Shown: in pieces, positions 36,480 through 47,839 of the stretch
Layout of the letters: the number at the start of each line of letters is the position of its first letter
Numbering within the stretch: the stretch's first letter is position 1
DNA from: Malacoraja senta
Lineage: Eukaryota
Length of the DNA: 64,000 nucleotides
Assembly: GCA_038087875.1 (NCBI GenBank)
Contig: CM075988.1
Location: 4,712,001-4,776,000, forward strand
Direction: 5' to 3'
Program-made: the position numbers and the translations under genes
Notes under the pieces: generated by a model
Databases searched by the model: none
The model's input: the letters and a program-made list of their open reading frames with translations, nothing else
Told to the model about the DNA's origin: nothing

Positions 36480-37438
36480 TCTGCCGGAAGCCACCGGAAG
36501 GGTTTCAATCGATTCAGTAGATTACTTTTTTCTATTTTCTTTTCTTTCTGCACCAGTAATTTCCATCATTCTATGGACTTGTGAATTCGCCTAACTGTTA
36601 GCAGGTGTGAGGCTTAATGTTAATATTGACGTCTCACGAGAGGATTAGATGGCCATATCTAAAGGCATTGCCATAACTTGTACATGTGCGTCCAGAGAGT
36701 TTAAGATCCCTTCCCAACTCACCATGCACCAACTCTGCAGAAGGCATGGAGAGCCTCCACATATGTTAATTTGCCCTATACATTAACTGCTTCCATGCAC
36801 TCACAAGACTCTTTATCCTTAGCTTAGGTCCACGATGTCTGGCTTATATCTTGTAATCTTTTTGAATTAGGTGTATGTTTTAATAATTCATGAGTTTTTA
36901 AAAGTGATGAGAGCTCTTACAATATCTTGAACCCACTCCATCATCCAGCTGCCGTGTGGAGCCCAATGCAGCAATTATTTTATCGTTCTAGTCTGCTGTA
37001 TTAGGAATCGATCCAATTCCGTTTTGATGGTTTCAGTGGAATCTATGTTCTCTACTTTGGGTTTCGCAGCCTAGTGACACAGCGCTTGGAAAATATAACC
37101 GTGATGGCTACATTAACTGCCTCGTCCTCATTTGCTGAAGATGATCTTTCTCACCCGTCACCTTACAAATGTTCCAATGAATCTACAGAGCAGTGTGAAC
37201 GTATTCACTTCCGCAATATCTCCAGCGAGTACATCAGACTCCCCCTCTTCACAATCAATCGCACATTTCCTGGACCCACACTTGCAGCCTTCAATTCAAT
37301 TTTAACCATTTCACCATCATCCCCCCACAGCCTTGAGTTTGGGGCCCGCGGGAAAAGTGCAAATCCTCTGTGAGGAACCTTTGGAAATTTAGCAGGTGGC
37401 CATTCAGCCCACCTTCTGGTGATAGCTCTTCTTTTTGC
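36480..37438 (-). pseudogene. Highly decayed PNMA/Gypsy-gag-like coding remnant (tentative)
   Basis: Broken frames give, in order: RRWAEW..HRGFALF, DDGEMVKIELKAASVGPGNVRLI, IAEVNTFTL, KTELDRFLIQQTRTI, EWVQDIVRAL, KRLQDISQT/RGP/AKD, YVEALHAF. By eye this resembles PNMA-type gag. Confidence 0.4.
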
Positions 37439-37479
37439 TAATTAAGTACTTTTGGCTTGTCCTCGCGCACTTTTGTGCG

Positions 37480-37927
37480 ACGATGGGAGCTGCGAGCTTC
37501 CATCGTCGGGAGCTCGCAGGTCACAGGTGGGTGACCTGTTTTTCTGGGGCTCCCGCAACTACAGCTGCGTCCGCTGGACTGGAGGGCGGCAGCTTCGGCC
37601 ACCCCGGGCCTCGGAGTTTGAACCGGCCCGTTCGCAGACGGAGCACGGATTCAGCCGCGGGACTGACTTACCATCACCCGGCGGGGCCACAACATCAGAA
37701 GCCTGGATCGCCTCAGCGCAGAGGGAGAACAAAGAGGGAAGAGACAGAGACTTTAAGACTTTTGCCTCCATCACAGTGAGGAGATGCCTGGTGAACTCAC
37801 TGTGGTGGATGTTAATTTATGTTTATTGTGTGTTTTGTTATTTATTATATGTATGACTGCAGGCAACGAAATTTCTTTCAGACCGAAAGGTCTGAATGAC
37901 AATAAAGGAATCTAAGTCTAAGTCTAA
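37480..37927 (+). mobile_element. 5'-truncated copy of a non-coding retroposon (same family as 62045-62879)
   Basis: Near-identical to the reverse complement of ~62060-62480; (TCTAAG)n tail. Confidence 0.85.
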
Positions 37928-38245
37928 GATAGACACAAAATGGTGGAGTAACTCAACGGGACAGGCAGCATCTCTGGAGAGAAAGAATGGGTGACGTTTC
38001 GGTTAGAGACCCTTCTTCAGACTGTGAGTCAGGGGAGCAGGAGACACAAAGATAAGGAAGGGTAAAGCGTGAAAATGAGACATCAAAAGAGATGTGGTTC
38101 AAGAAAAATGTAGAAAAGATCAGTGAATGGGTGACCAAAATATCACCCATTCCTACTCTCCAGAGATGCTGCCTGTCCCACTGAGTTACTGCAGCATTTG
38201 TGTCTATCTTTGATGTAAACCAGCATCTGCAGTTCCTTCCTACGC
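37928..38245. mobile_element. Palindromic Penelope-terminus element
   Basis: Inverted arms; minus-strand hammerhead core at 37993-38020. Confidence 0.75.
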
Positions 38246-38327
38246 AACAGTTAGTGAGATTTTTGAATACTTAATCCAAGCAATGAAATGGCACAGTTCA
38301 GAGCCTTTGTTTGGATTTTAATAATTT

Positions 38328-38725
38328 GGTTTAGTTTTGTTTATTTTGTAGTTCAGAGGTACAGCATTGAAACAGACCTTTCGGCCCACTAGTCCATGCC
38401 AGCCATTGATCACCTGTTCACACTAGTTCCATGTTATCCTACACTTTCATAGAAAATAGGTGCAGGAGGAGGCCATTCGGCCCTTCGTGCCAGCACCGCC
38501 TGCTTTCATCCACTTCCTGCGCACTAGGGGCAAATTTTTCAGAGGCCAATTAACCTACAAACCCGCACGTCTTTGGGATATGGAGGGAAACCAGAGCACC
38601 TGGAAGAAAGCCAGGCGGTCACAGGGAGAACGTACAAATTCTGAATGTACATCACAGGTCGGGATCGAACCCGGGTCTCTGGTGCTGTGAGGCAGCAGCT
38701 CTACCAGCTGTGCCACCGTACTGCT
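38328..38725 (-). mobile_element. V-SINE with a short CR1 tail inserted
   Basis: Reverse SINE motifs; CATAGAAAATAGGTGCAGG at ~38448. Confidence 0.8.
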
Positions 38726-38954
38726 CTTTAGCACAAAATCAATATTCCTTCTCCTTCACATCAATTATCCTGTTCTCGTCCGTTGATGCTGAGCTGTGTG
38801 GCTTTCAGTATTGATGTATAACCCTGGTTTCTGCAAGTTGTGTCAATAACCCACAAGTAACTCCCACCTCAGATGTCTTGATTCCACGTAAAGACCATGT
38901 CCTCTTATTACTTCTGTCAATATGGCCAATGTTTGAAGCCAACACCACATTCAT

Positions 38955-39225
38955 TGTGTAGGAAGGAACTGCAGATGCTGGTTTAAACCAAAGACAGACA
39001 AAAAAATCTGGAGTAACTCAGTGGGTCAGACAACATCTCGATAGAACATGGAGAGGTGACGTTTTGCGTTGGGACCCTTTTCCAGACTGGGTCTTCTTTG
39101 GACTGAGGAAGGGTCCTGACCCAAAACGTCACGGATCCAGGTTCTCCAGAGAAGCTGCCTAACTCACTGAGTACTCCAGCATTCTGTTTTTTTCCCTGTA
39201 AACCAGCATCTGCAGTTCCTTGTGT
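38955..39225. mobile_element. Full-length palindromic Penelope-terminus element
   Basis: AAGGAACTGCAGATGCTGGTTTA ... TAAACCAGCATCTGCAGTTCCTT, arms of about 130 bp. Confidence 0.85.
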
Positions 39226-39399
39226 CCTTAAGTCCGGATGTTGACTTGCTCGATCAATGTGATTTAGTTGTTGATTCAGCCGATTTATCCACAACGTTAT
39301 TATATTCACAAAATTCTGCTGCAAAGAAGTTTGGACTTTATAAATCCATCTGCAGTAACATTTTTACATAGCTTTTGTAAGCATATTAGTGCAGTGATT

Positions 39400-39698
39400 T
39401 TCGAGATAAGGCGTGGAAACAGGCCCTTCGGCCCAGTGAGTCCATGCTGACCAGCGATCATCTCTTACACTAATACTATCCTACACACCAGAAACAATTT
39501 ACAATTTACAGAAGCCAGTTAATCTTACAAACCTGTACGTCTGGAGGTGTGGGAGGAAACCGGAGCACCCGAAGAAAACGCACGTGGTCTAGAGGAGAAT
39601 GTACAAACTCCGTACAGACAGCACCCGTAGTCGGGATCGAGCTTGGGTTCCTGGCCCAATAAGGTAGCAAGACTACCGCTGCGTCGCCGTGCCGCCCA
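39400..39698 (-). mobile_element. V-SINE (HE1-like)
   Basis: Ends CCGTGCCGCCC, the reverse complement of the SINE head. Confidence 0.88.
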
Positions 39699-40107
39699 AG
39701 GTTTAAGTTATTGGTGAAACAGCTGAAACTCAAGGATCCAGACACTTAAGTTTGAATCCCACGAGGCAACTGGAGAATTTACAATCGAGTAATTAAGTCA
39801 ATTTTGAATGTTTTTCAGTAAGTTTTAATGTCAGTGACAGCGACTGAGCTACTAAGACCAAAGTGCATGTATAATCCCACCAAATTCATGAATGTCCCTC
39901 AGGTATAGAAATCTGCCATCCTGACCTGGTCCGATATGTAGGTGACTCCAGACCCAGTCACGTTTGGCGCCTGAAGAAGGGACCGACGCAGAAAGTCGCC
40001 TGTCCATTCCCTCCACAGATGCTACCTGACACATTGAGTTTCTCCAGCACTTTCTGTTTTGCTCCATCAATGCTATTGATTCCTAACTGGTTCCTCAGTT
40101 TATGAGC

Positions 40108-40922
40108 AACATGGGAAGGCAAATAAATGTTGTCGTTGCCACCGCCTGTGAAAAAAAGTAAAAATAGAGAGAACAATTTAAACTTTTTGGGGAGAGGGTG
40201 AGGGGTAGGGGAGAGGGGGGCGAGGGGGAGTGTGGGTAGAGAGAGGGGGGAAGGGGGAGAGGAGGGGGAGGGGTGCAGAGGAATGTGGAAGGAGGGAGAG
40301 AGGAGGGGGAAGGAGGGTGGAGAGGAGGGGAGTGAGGGGGGTGGAGGGGGAGAGGAGGGGGAGGGGGGGGAGGGGGGGAGGGGGTGAGAGAGAGGGAGAG
40401 GGCGGACGAACTCAGCGAGCGGGTGGCGCGGACGGGGCCGACTGCGAATGGGCGGCAGGCCTCGGCAGCTCTCGAGACCTCGCGGCACCTCTGAAGCCCT
40501 CGGAAGCACAACCAAATTACTGCGTGTTTAGCGGGGGTTAAGTAATCCAAAGCCCTGGGGGTGGAGGGCGGGGCGCTGCGGACGGCCGGCCGAGTGCGAA
40601 TTATGCGGGAGGGGGTTGCGTAACTTGCAGCTCGTTGAAAACAGTGCCCAGCAGGCTGCGCATTGAAAACTGCGCAGCTCGCCGCGAGGTGCAGAGGCAT
40701 TGTGACGTCATCCAACTTGGTGAACAATTTTAGTAAAAAACTCGGGAAATAATGAATCAAAAATAATGAATCAGATTTTCGAGATCATGAGGTAAATCTC
40801 TACCAGAATATGTAAAATTTTCACCATTAGCTCGTCGGGTTTTTGAGGAGATGTGAATCACAGACAAGCAAGACACACACAAATAAATACATCCACATCC
40901 AAGATCAGAATTTTATATTATA
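40108..40922 (+). mobile_element. Helentron/DINE-1-like non-autonomous element A (tentative)
   Basis: G/A-rich microsatellite core, GGCATTGTGACGTCA, TAAATCTCTACC, ACAC repeats, TTTTATATTATA end. Confidence 0.5.
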
Positions 40923-42092
40923 ACTAGACCAAGTGCAGACCCGTTGGGTCTGTTCCTCCAAAGCACGGTTGCGGGGTGGGAATCTGGCACCCACAAACAC
41001 ACACACTCAACACACCCCTTGATATTATCTTAATTTTATTAATTGGCTTCTTTTATCCCATCTCCAACCTACCCACTGACGAATAGCCCTCACCTCTCAG
41101 GTGCATCTAGGGGGGGGGCAGAGAGAGTGTGCACAGAGTGCAAGAGAGAGAGAGAGAGAGAGGACAAAGAAAAAGATAAAGATCAAAGAGAGAGAGAGCA
41201 GAGATAGGGGTAGGGGGTAGAGGGAAGGGGATGGGGGAGGGAAGGGGGTGGGGGGAGGGGGGTGGGGGAGAGATGGAAGGGGTGGGGGAGGGAATGGGGG
41301 AGAGGGAAGGGGGGGTGGGGGAGAGAGGGATGGGGTGGGAGGAGGAGGGAGAGGAGAGGGAGAGGGGGAGGAGAGGGAGATAGAGAGGGGGAGGAGAGAG
41401 GGATAGGGAGGGGGAGAGAGGGATGCGAAGGGGGAGAGAGGTGTGGGGGAGGGGGGAGGGATGGGGGAGGGAGGGGAGGAGGGAGATGGGGTAGGGGAGG
41501 GAGGGGGAAGAGTGTGGAGAGAGGGGGAGAGGGGTGGGGGAGAGAGGGTAAATAGTGGGGAGGGAGAGTGGAAGGGGGAGGGGTAGGGACAGTCCATCTG
41601 TTCCCCATTCCCTATCACCCCCAATCCTCTTTCTCTATTCCCACACACGTGATGACGCCCTTCGACACAGGCTGCGGGGGTGGGGAGGAGGGGCTGGGGC
41701 TGGGGCTGCTGCAAAGGCATATGTAAATGGATCCATTCCGATTGGACATCTGTGAGCATTGGGCATTGTGACATCACACGATGGAACGTTCACCAACATT
41801 CTATTGGTGAGAGCTGTTTTTTTTAAACATTTTGAAATTTTGTGGGGGGGGGAGAAGGATTTTATTAAAAATGTGTACATAAACACGACGAAATTTAATC
41901 AGGAGTGGATACTTGGAATGAAAAGTTAAATCTCTACCGAAATGGAAAAAATCTTGGCGTTTCTGCGTGTGGTGTTGGCGTAGCAACGAATCAAAGGAAG
42001 GCTGGCACCCACAAGACAGGCAGAAACACACACACGCACACAGAAACACACACACACACACACACACAGTTTTAAATATAGATAGATAGATA
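40923..42092 (+). mobile_element. Helentron/DINE-1-like non-autonomous element B (tentative)
   Basis: ACTAG start with GACCC-GTT-GGGTC hairpin, purine tract, motifs shared with element A, (CA)n, TTTTAAATATAGAT end. Confidence 0.55.
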
Positions 42093-42249
42093 GATATATT
42101 CCATCTGATTTGTCCTTGAAGAAATCCAACAGAAAAGACAACATGGAGAGATATAGAAAGGCTGCTAATCCACAGTCTGTTTCAAAGTTATAGGGAAATA
42201 TCCTCCCTTCAGAGAGTATGTTGTTGGAGTGAAGAGGAATAACTACTTA

Positions 42250-42810
42250 AAGCATTGTGTTCCGTTCTGGCCACCAAGTTATGGGAAAGATGTTGGCAAG
42301 CTGGAGAGGATGTAGAGAAGATTTACGAAGGTGTTGCCAGGACTAGAGGGTCTGAGCTATAGGGAGAGGTTGAGTAGGCTGGGACTCTACTCCTTGGAGC
42401 GCAGGAGGATGAGGTGTATAGCGGTGTGTATAGGGATGATCTTATAGAGGTGTATAAAATCATGAGAGAAATAGATCAGGTAGCTGCACAATGTCTCTTG
42501 CCCCGAGTAGGTGAATCGAGGACCAGAAGACATAGGTTTAAGGTGAAGGGGAAAAAATGTAATAGGAATCTGAGGGGTAACCTTGTCACACAAAGGGTGG
42601 TGGGTGTATGGAACAAGCTGCCAGAGGAAGTAGTTGAGGCAGGGACTATCCCAACATTTAAGAAACAGTTACAGGTGCATGGATAGGACAGGTTTGGAGG
42701 GATATGGGCCAAAAGCAGGCTGGTGGAACAAGTGTATCTGGGACACATTGGCTGATGTGAGCAAGTTGGGCTGAAGGGCCTGTTTCCACGTTGCGTCACT
42801 CCTTGACTCC
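42250..42810 (+). mobile_element. CR1 LINE 3' end
   Basis: DLIEVYKIMR...TRRHRFKV...TQRVVGVWNKLPEEVVEAG. Confidence 0.88.
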
Positions 42811-42919
42811 ACAATTTAAACATGAACACCTACATTACATTTGAAATAGTTTCCAATTCAATGGGCAGCAACTTTCTGAACATTCTTTGTGACATTGTCA
42901 CCTCAAACCAGCTACTGTT

Positions 42920-43545
42920 TTAGTTTTAGTTTAAGAAACACAGCACAGAAACAGGCCCTTTGGCCCACTGAGTCCGTGCCAACCAACGATCCCCATACAC
43001 TGGAACTATCCTACACACAAGGGACAATTTACGATTTTTAGTGAAGTATGTCTTTGGAGTGTGGGGCACCCGTAAAAACCTACACGGTCCCGTGGAAAAC
43101 ATACCAACTACGTACAGACAGCACCCGTAGTCAGGATTGAACCCGGGTCTCTGTCGTTGTGAGGCAGCAACTCTACCGCTGCACCACTGTGCCATCTCGC
43201 CTCGGTACTTCTATGTTCAGGGTCAGAATCATTATCACTATTTTTGATATAAAGATCATTGCATAAGAGCGGCAGATGGTAGAGCTGCTGCCTTACGGCA
43301 TCAGAGACCAGGGTTCGATCCTGACCTCTGGTGCTGCCTTTGCTGAGTTTGCACATGCTTCCTGAGACCGAGTGGGTTTTCTCCCGGTGCTCCAGTTTTC
43401 TCCCACATTCCAAAGACGTGTAGGTTTGTAGGTTAATTGGCCTCTGTAAATAGTCTCCAGTGTGTAGGGTAGAACTAATGCACGGGTGATCAATGGCCAA
43501 CAGGAACTCAGTGTTTCCACGCTGTTTCTCTAAAATTAAAACTAA
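42920..43545. mobile_element. Two divergently oriented V-SINEs (-42920-43195, +43270-43545)
   Basis: SINE head, V-domain and tails on opposite strands. Confidence 0.8.
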
Positions 43546-45844
43546 AAACAATGACAATTTTCACCAGCACTGGGACAAATCTCCCACCAATTAGTTTAGT
43601 TTGGAGATACAACATGGAAACAGGACTGACAGACATTTAGAGATACAACGTGGTGGTCTGACAGATAAGTCATTTGAACTGTTATCTCTGTAAAGATCTA
43701 TTCTATAATCTTCAGCTTCAAAGTGACTAACACACAAATATTCCAAAATGGGGGTCTTCATTGTTGAGCCTGTTGGTCACGCAGACTTCAAATCAAAGTA
43801 CTTTCAATGGGAAGACCGCATAAGGCTGATATGTGGACCAAAGATACTAGAGGAGCAGGATAAACCACTCGACGAAAAAGACGTAGTACGGTCATTGGCT
43901 CATGGGTATTTTTATTCGCGCCATTTTGGGAATCATATAAATGAGGGGTTTTTTTTAATGGGCTTCTGTCATGGCGTCAACATCTACCAGCGTAGCGAGC
44001 CGTTCTGCTTTAGTGCTCGAATCGCGAATGTAAGCGATTCAAGCACTTTATTGCAGTCTTTCTTCCGGTTCCCCACTAAAGACGAAAGGTAAGAAAACAA
44101 TTATAACTTTGTCTTGAGGCCTGCCCCATTTCTTCCTATTGCTCAGATCGCGGAGCCGGGGGTCGCCTGAAGAATTGCTCTACTCGCTGGCCCGCGGACT
44201 ATAACACCCTGAAGCCGCGGTGTGCGGTGCTTCTTATCGCGGGGGCAGCGTGCACTTTCCCTCGTGGAGTCTGGGATTCCTCACCGGAGAAGAGCTCCGA
44301 CCGCCGGCCCGCGGCCCATAACATCATGAAGCCCCGGTCTCCGGTAGGAGGCGGCCGATTCAGGACCTCCAAGCCGCGGAGATCCCGAATCGGCTTGTGT
44401 TTAAGCCGGTTTGAAATAGTGTTTAAAATACAAGATAAATGTGTTAAATGACTGTAACATATATAATTCTATTCTTATGATCCTGATAATGTATTAGATT
44501 ATATGACATTTTTTGGTACAAGAGCAAGTTATAGAAAGTTTTTTATAAACCATTGAAAGTCTTCTTTTATAGATCTAGACTTAGCACAATAATAAAGGTA
44601 GACAAAAATACCAGAGATTTCTCCAGCATTTTTGTCTACCTTCGATTTTCCAGCATCTGCAGTTCCTTCTTAAACAATAATAAAGGTATCAATTATTACA
44701 CTGCTGTACATTTTTGGTTTTGTTCTTGTTGTAAGGCATGCATGGTATTGTAAGCTCTTCTACATTTAAGATAAATCAAGTCAAGTCAAGAGAGTTTATT
44801 GTCATGTGTCCCTGATAGGACAATGACATTCTTGCTTTGCTTCAGCACAATAGAATACAGTAGGCATGAATACAGAATTTATTCAGTAGGCATAAATTGA
44901 CCTATTAGAGGGAAAATGCATCTTCAATATACGTCCCTCCCCACCCCTGAAAACAATTGCATTTAAGTGACATATCATCCATTCTGCAGTTATGTAGTTA
45001 TAATCAGATTTGTTCTTATAAGCTAATTCTATATGATATTTTACTGTAATTTCAGATGTTGACAGTGGGTCCAGAATACTCGTTGATAAGATCTCCTACA
45101 GCGAACTACGGAATACTTGTCAAAGAACTGCCGTCTTTGTTCTGAACACCCTGTATATCTCACACATAAAGAAATAAATTATGTAAATCTTACCATAAAT
45201 GACAGAAATAAAAAGTGTTATCCTTGTTTATGAATTTTGTTGTAGAATTATTTAAAATTGAGTGGATTGATGCAATATACTGCTAACCCACAAATGTTTA
45301 GTAATGAGATATTCACATTTAAAAACTCAGAGCTCGGGTGGCTGCGAGCGGCCGCCGGGACCGGACAGCAGAACCGCAGCTAGACCCGGGGCTCACAGGT
45401 GACCTGGGAACTGCAGCTAGTCCCGGAGGGTCCTGGCCCCTATGCAAAAAAGGCTGCGGACCCCTGGACTAAAACCAAACCCTCCATCCTGTCCTGCCAT
45501 CCTTTTAAATAAAAATTAGCAACTCAAATGGTGGTGCGTCTTCATTGCCGGGAAATACGGTGACTCACTTCCCTCAAATATATGTCAGATTTTCCTCAAT
45601 TATATGTTAAATTAAAAACTAAACTATGGTAGCAATGCACAGTATTCATGTCTAAAGCTCGCACTTCTGCATCAATGTAGGTATGTATACACTATATTTC
45701 TTTACACTAATATAGAATGAAAGAATATCTTGGCGTGTGTTCATTATTTTATTCACTATATTGGGATTTTGGAAAGAGGTTGAATGAAAGAAAGAAAAAG
45801 GTTTAACAAATAAAGAGGAGAGAACAAGAAATAAACTAGAGAAA

Positions 45845-46060
45845 TACATATATGTGTGTGTTTTATATATTTACATACATATATCACACATATATACGCA
45901 TCATATATATATATATATATTGAATATATGTGTGTGTATATATATAAGACACTAGAGAAATATGTATATGTGTTAGATAATTATATACATCAATATCACA
46001 TTTATATACATGTGTATATCATATATATATAATATATAAACGTGTTTATTATATACAAAT
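45845..46060. repeat. Degenerate (TA)/(TG)/(CA) microsatellite
   Basis: Alternating purine-pyrimidine tract. Confidence 0.9.
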
Positions 46061-46229
46061 ATTGGAATATATAATTTGCCTTTATGGCTTATGTCCCTTA
46101 TATCTTATAGGCAAAAAAAATAAAAGCAAATATAATTGCCTTTATGGCTTATGTACATCATGAAAATGGCTCATGTACATCATGAATTGCTTTAAATCAG
46201 TGTTGCTTATAACCCATGAGGAACTTTGA

Positions 46230-46623
46230 AATCTATTATCTCTATCTTGCCTCTCACACACAGAAACACACACATACCGTTCCCCCACTGATTAAACCAA
46301 AGATAATAATGCATATGGTCTAGAGACCTTTCATTGCGCATTGCCGCTCATTTTATACGCAGTTTCCCTTTAAATTTTTTTTTTTTAAGAAGCACCTTAT
46401 TTATTATAAACAAAGATCGTAATGGTCTATCATAGAAGGCTAAAATAGACCAAGATTAACTGCAAACTTCAATGGACTGACGTGGATTAAACTGCGAGAG
46501 GCATAATGGGGATCGGGGTCTTATTCCTAAAATGGCGGAAGTGATGTTCCGTTCAATTCCAATCCGTACTACATGTCAGTCCATTGGATTTCGTGGGAGT
46601 GGTCTATCTTGCTCCTCTAGTAT
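46230..46623 (-). mobile_element. Possible Helentron-like element on the minus strand
   Basis: Minus strand starts ATACTAGAGG.. and ends (GT)n..ATAATAGAT, similar in layout to 40923-42092. Confidence 0.35.
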
Positions 46624-46718
46624 CGTTGATGTGTACTGCCCGCCATGGAACAGGTGTAGGTTCATCTTGCATTGTAGTCTGCACGCCCGCTTTTAAGGTC
46701 AGTCATCTTTGGCTCCCC

Positions 46719-47233
46719 TCTCCCCGTTGGATTGCAACCTTGTCGTGGTCGGGGAGCTTGTGTGTCTCAGTGACCCCTAGAGCTATGCCAGTGGGAGATT
46801 CGTCTCCTGTTAGGGTTTCCCATGCTGGACAGGTCGGCGAGACCGAGCGATCCACTGATCCTCCAGGTTGGAGGTTGAGCACAGGGCTAACAACCCTGTC
46901 TCATATAACAAATATGTTACGGAAACAGCAACTGAAGGAATCGACACTACTGGGCGTGATGAACTTCCAGGGCTATCGACAGATGCTAGGATGAATGTTA
47001 ACCAGACAGCATCCCAAGAATAGCCCTGCACTGGACACCGGAAAGGGAAAGGAAAAGAGGGAGACCCAAAACCACCTGGCGTCAAACTGTAGAGGAGGAA
47101 ATGAAAACAATGGACCTGACCTGGGGTAGTGTCCAGAAGCTAGCCCAGAACAGACAGGAGTGGAGGACCTTCATTGCTGCCCTACATGCCAGGAGGCATA
47201 GTAGGCAGTAAGTAAGTAAGTAAGTAAGTAAGT
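46719..47233 (+). mobile_element. Bipartite non-autonomous RTE element (5' UTR fused to 3' end)
   Basis: RTE-type 5' end CCTTGTCGTGG; 3' coding remnant PRIALHWTP..KRKRGRPKTTWRQTV..LAQNRQEWR; (TAAG)n tail; 14-bp TSD ATCTTTG(G/T)CTCCCC at 46705 and 47234. Confidence 0.85.
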
Positions 47234-47839
47234 ATCTTTGTCTCCCCCAAGTCCCATTTTTTGATGCAGGGAAAGTTCAGACACAAGGAACTGCAGATGC
47301 TGGTTTACAAAAAACAAAACAAAGTGCTGGAGTAACCCAACGGGTCAGCCACTGGTCATCATGGATGGTTGACCTTTTGGGTCGGGATCCTTCTTCAGAC
47401 TGATTGTAGGAGGGAAGAAAGCTGGAAGAGAGGTGAAGAGGAGGCAAGAAGTTGCAGAGATTGTTGAGAGACCCAGCAAGCTGTAAAATTTATCAACCTT
47501 CCACCCCAGCCTCTCCAGTAGTGCCCTTGCCTGTCAGACACACAGTACACACAATAGACACAAAAAGCTGGAGTAACTCAGCAGGACAGGCATCATCTCT
47601 GGATAGAAGGAATGGGTGACGTTTCAGATCGAGACCCTTCTTCAGACTGAGAGTTGGGGAGAGGGAGACACAGAGATCAGATGAGACAAGGATCTGACTA
47701 ATTGGATGTTGACATCCCTAACTTCAAGTAACCCTTGCTTTCCCTCTCTCTCCATCCTCTCCCACTCCACCACTGGAGGGGCTGGGATGGGAGGGGTCTT
47801 CCCTCCAGATCCAGGTCTGCTTGCGGTGGGTGACAGATA

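Noticed and set aside
39958..41777. Long proline-rich or Gly/Glu/Arg-rich ORFs (extensin/formin-like)
   Set aside because: Artefacts of stop-free polypurine low-complexity tracts.
43748..44092. 114-aa ATG ORF
   Set aside because: No recognisable motif or splice context; lies in what looks like an unclassified repeat.
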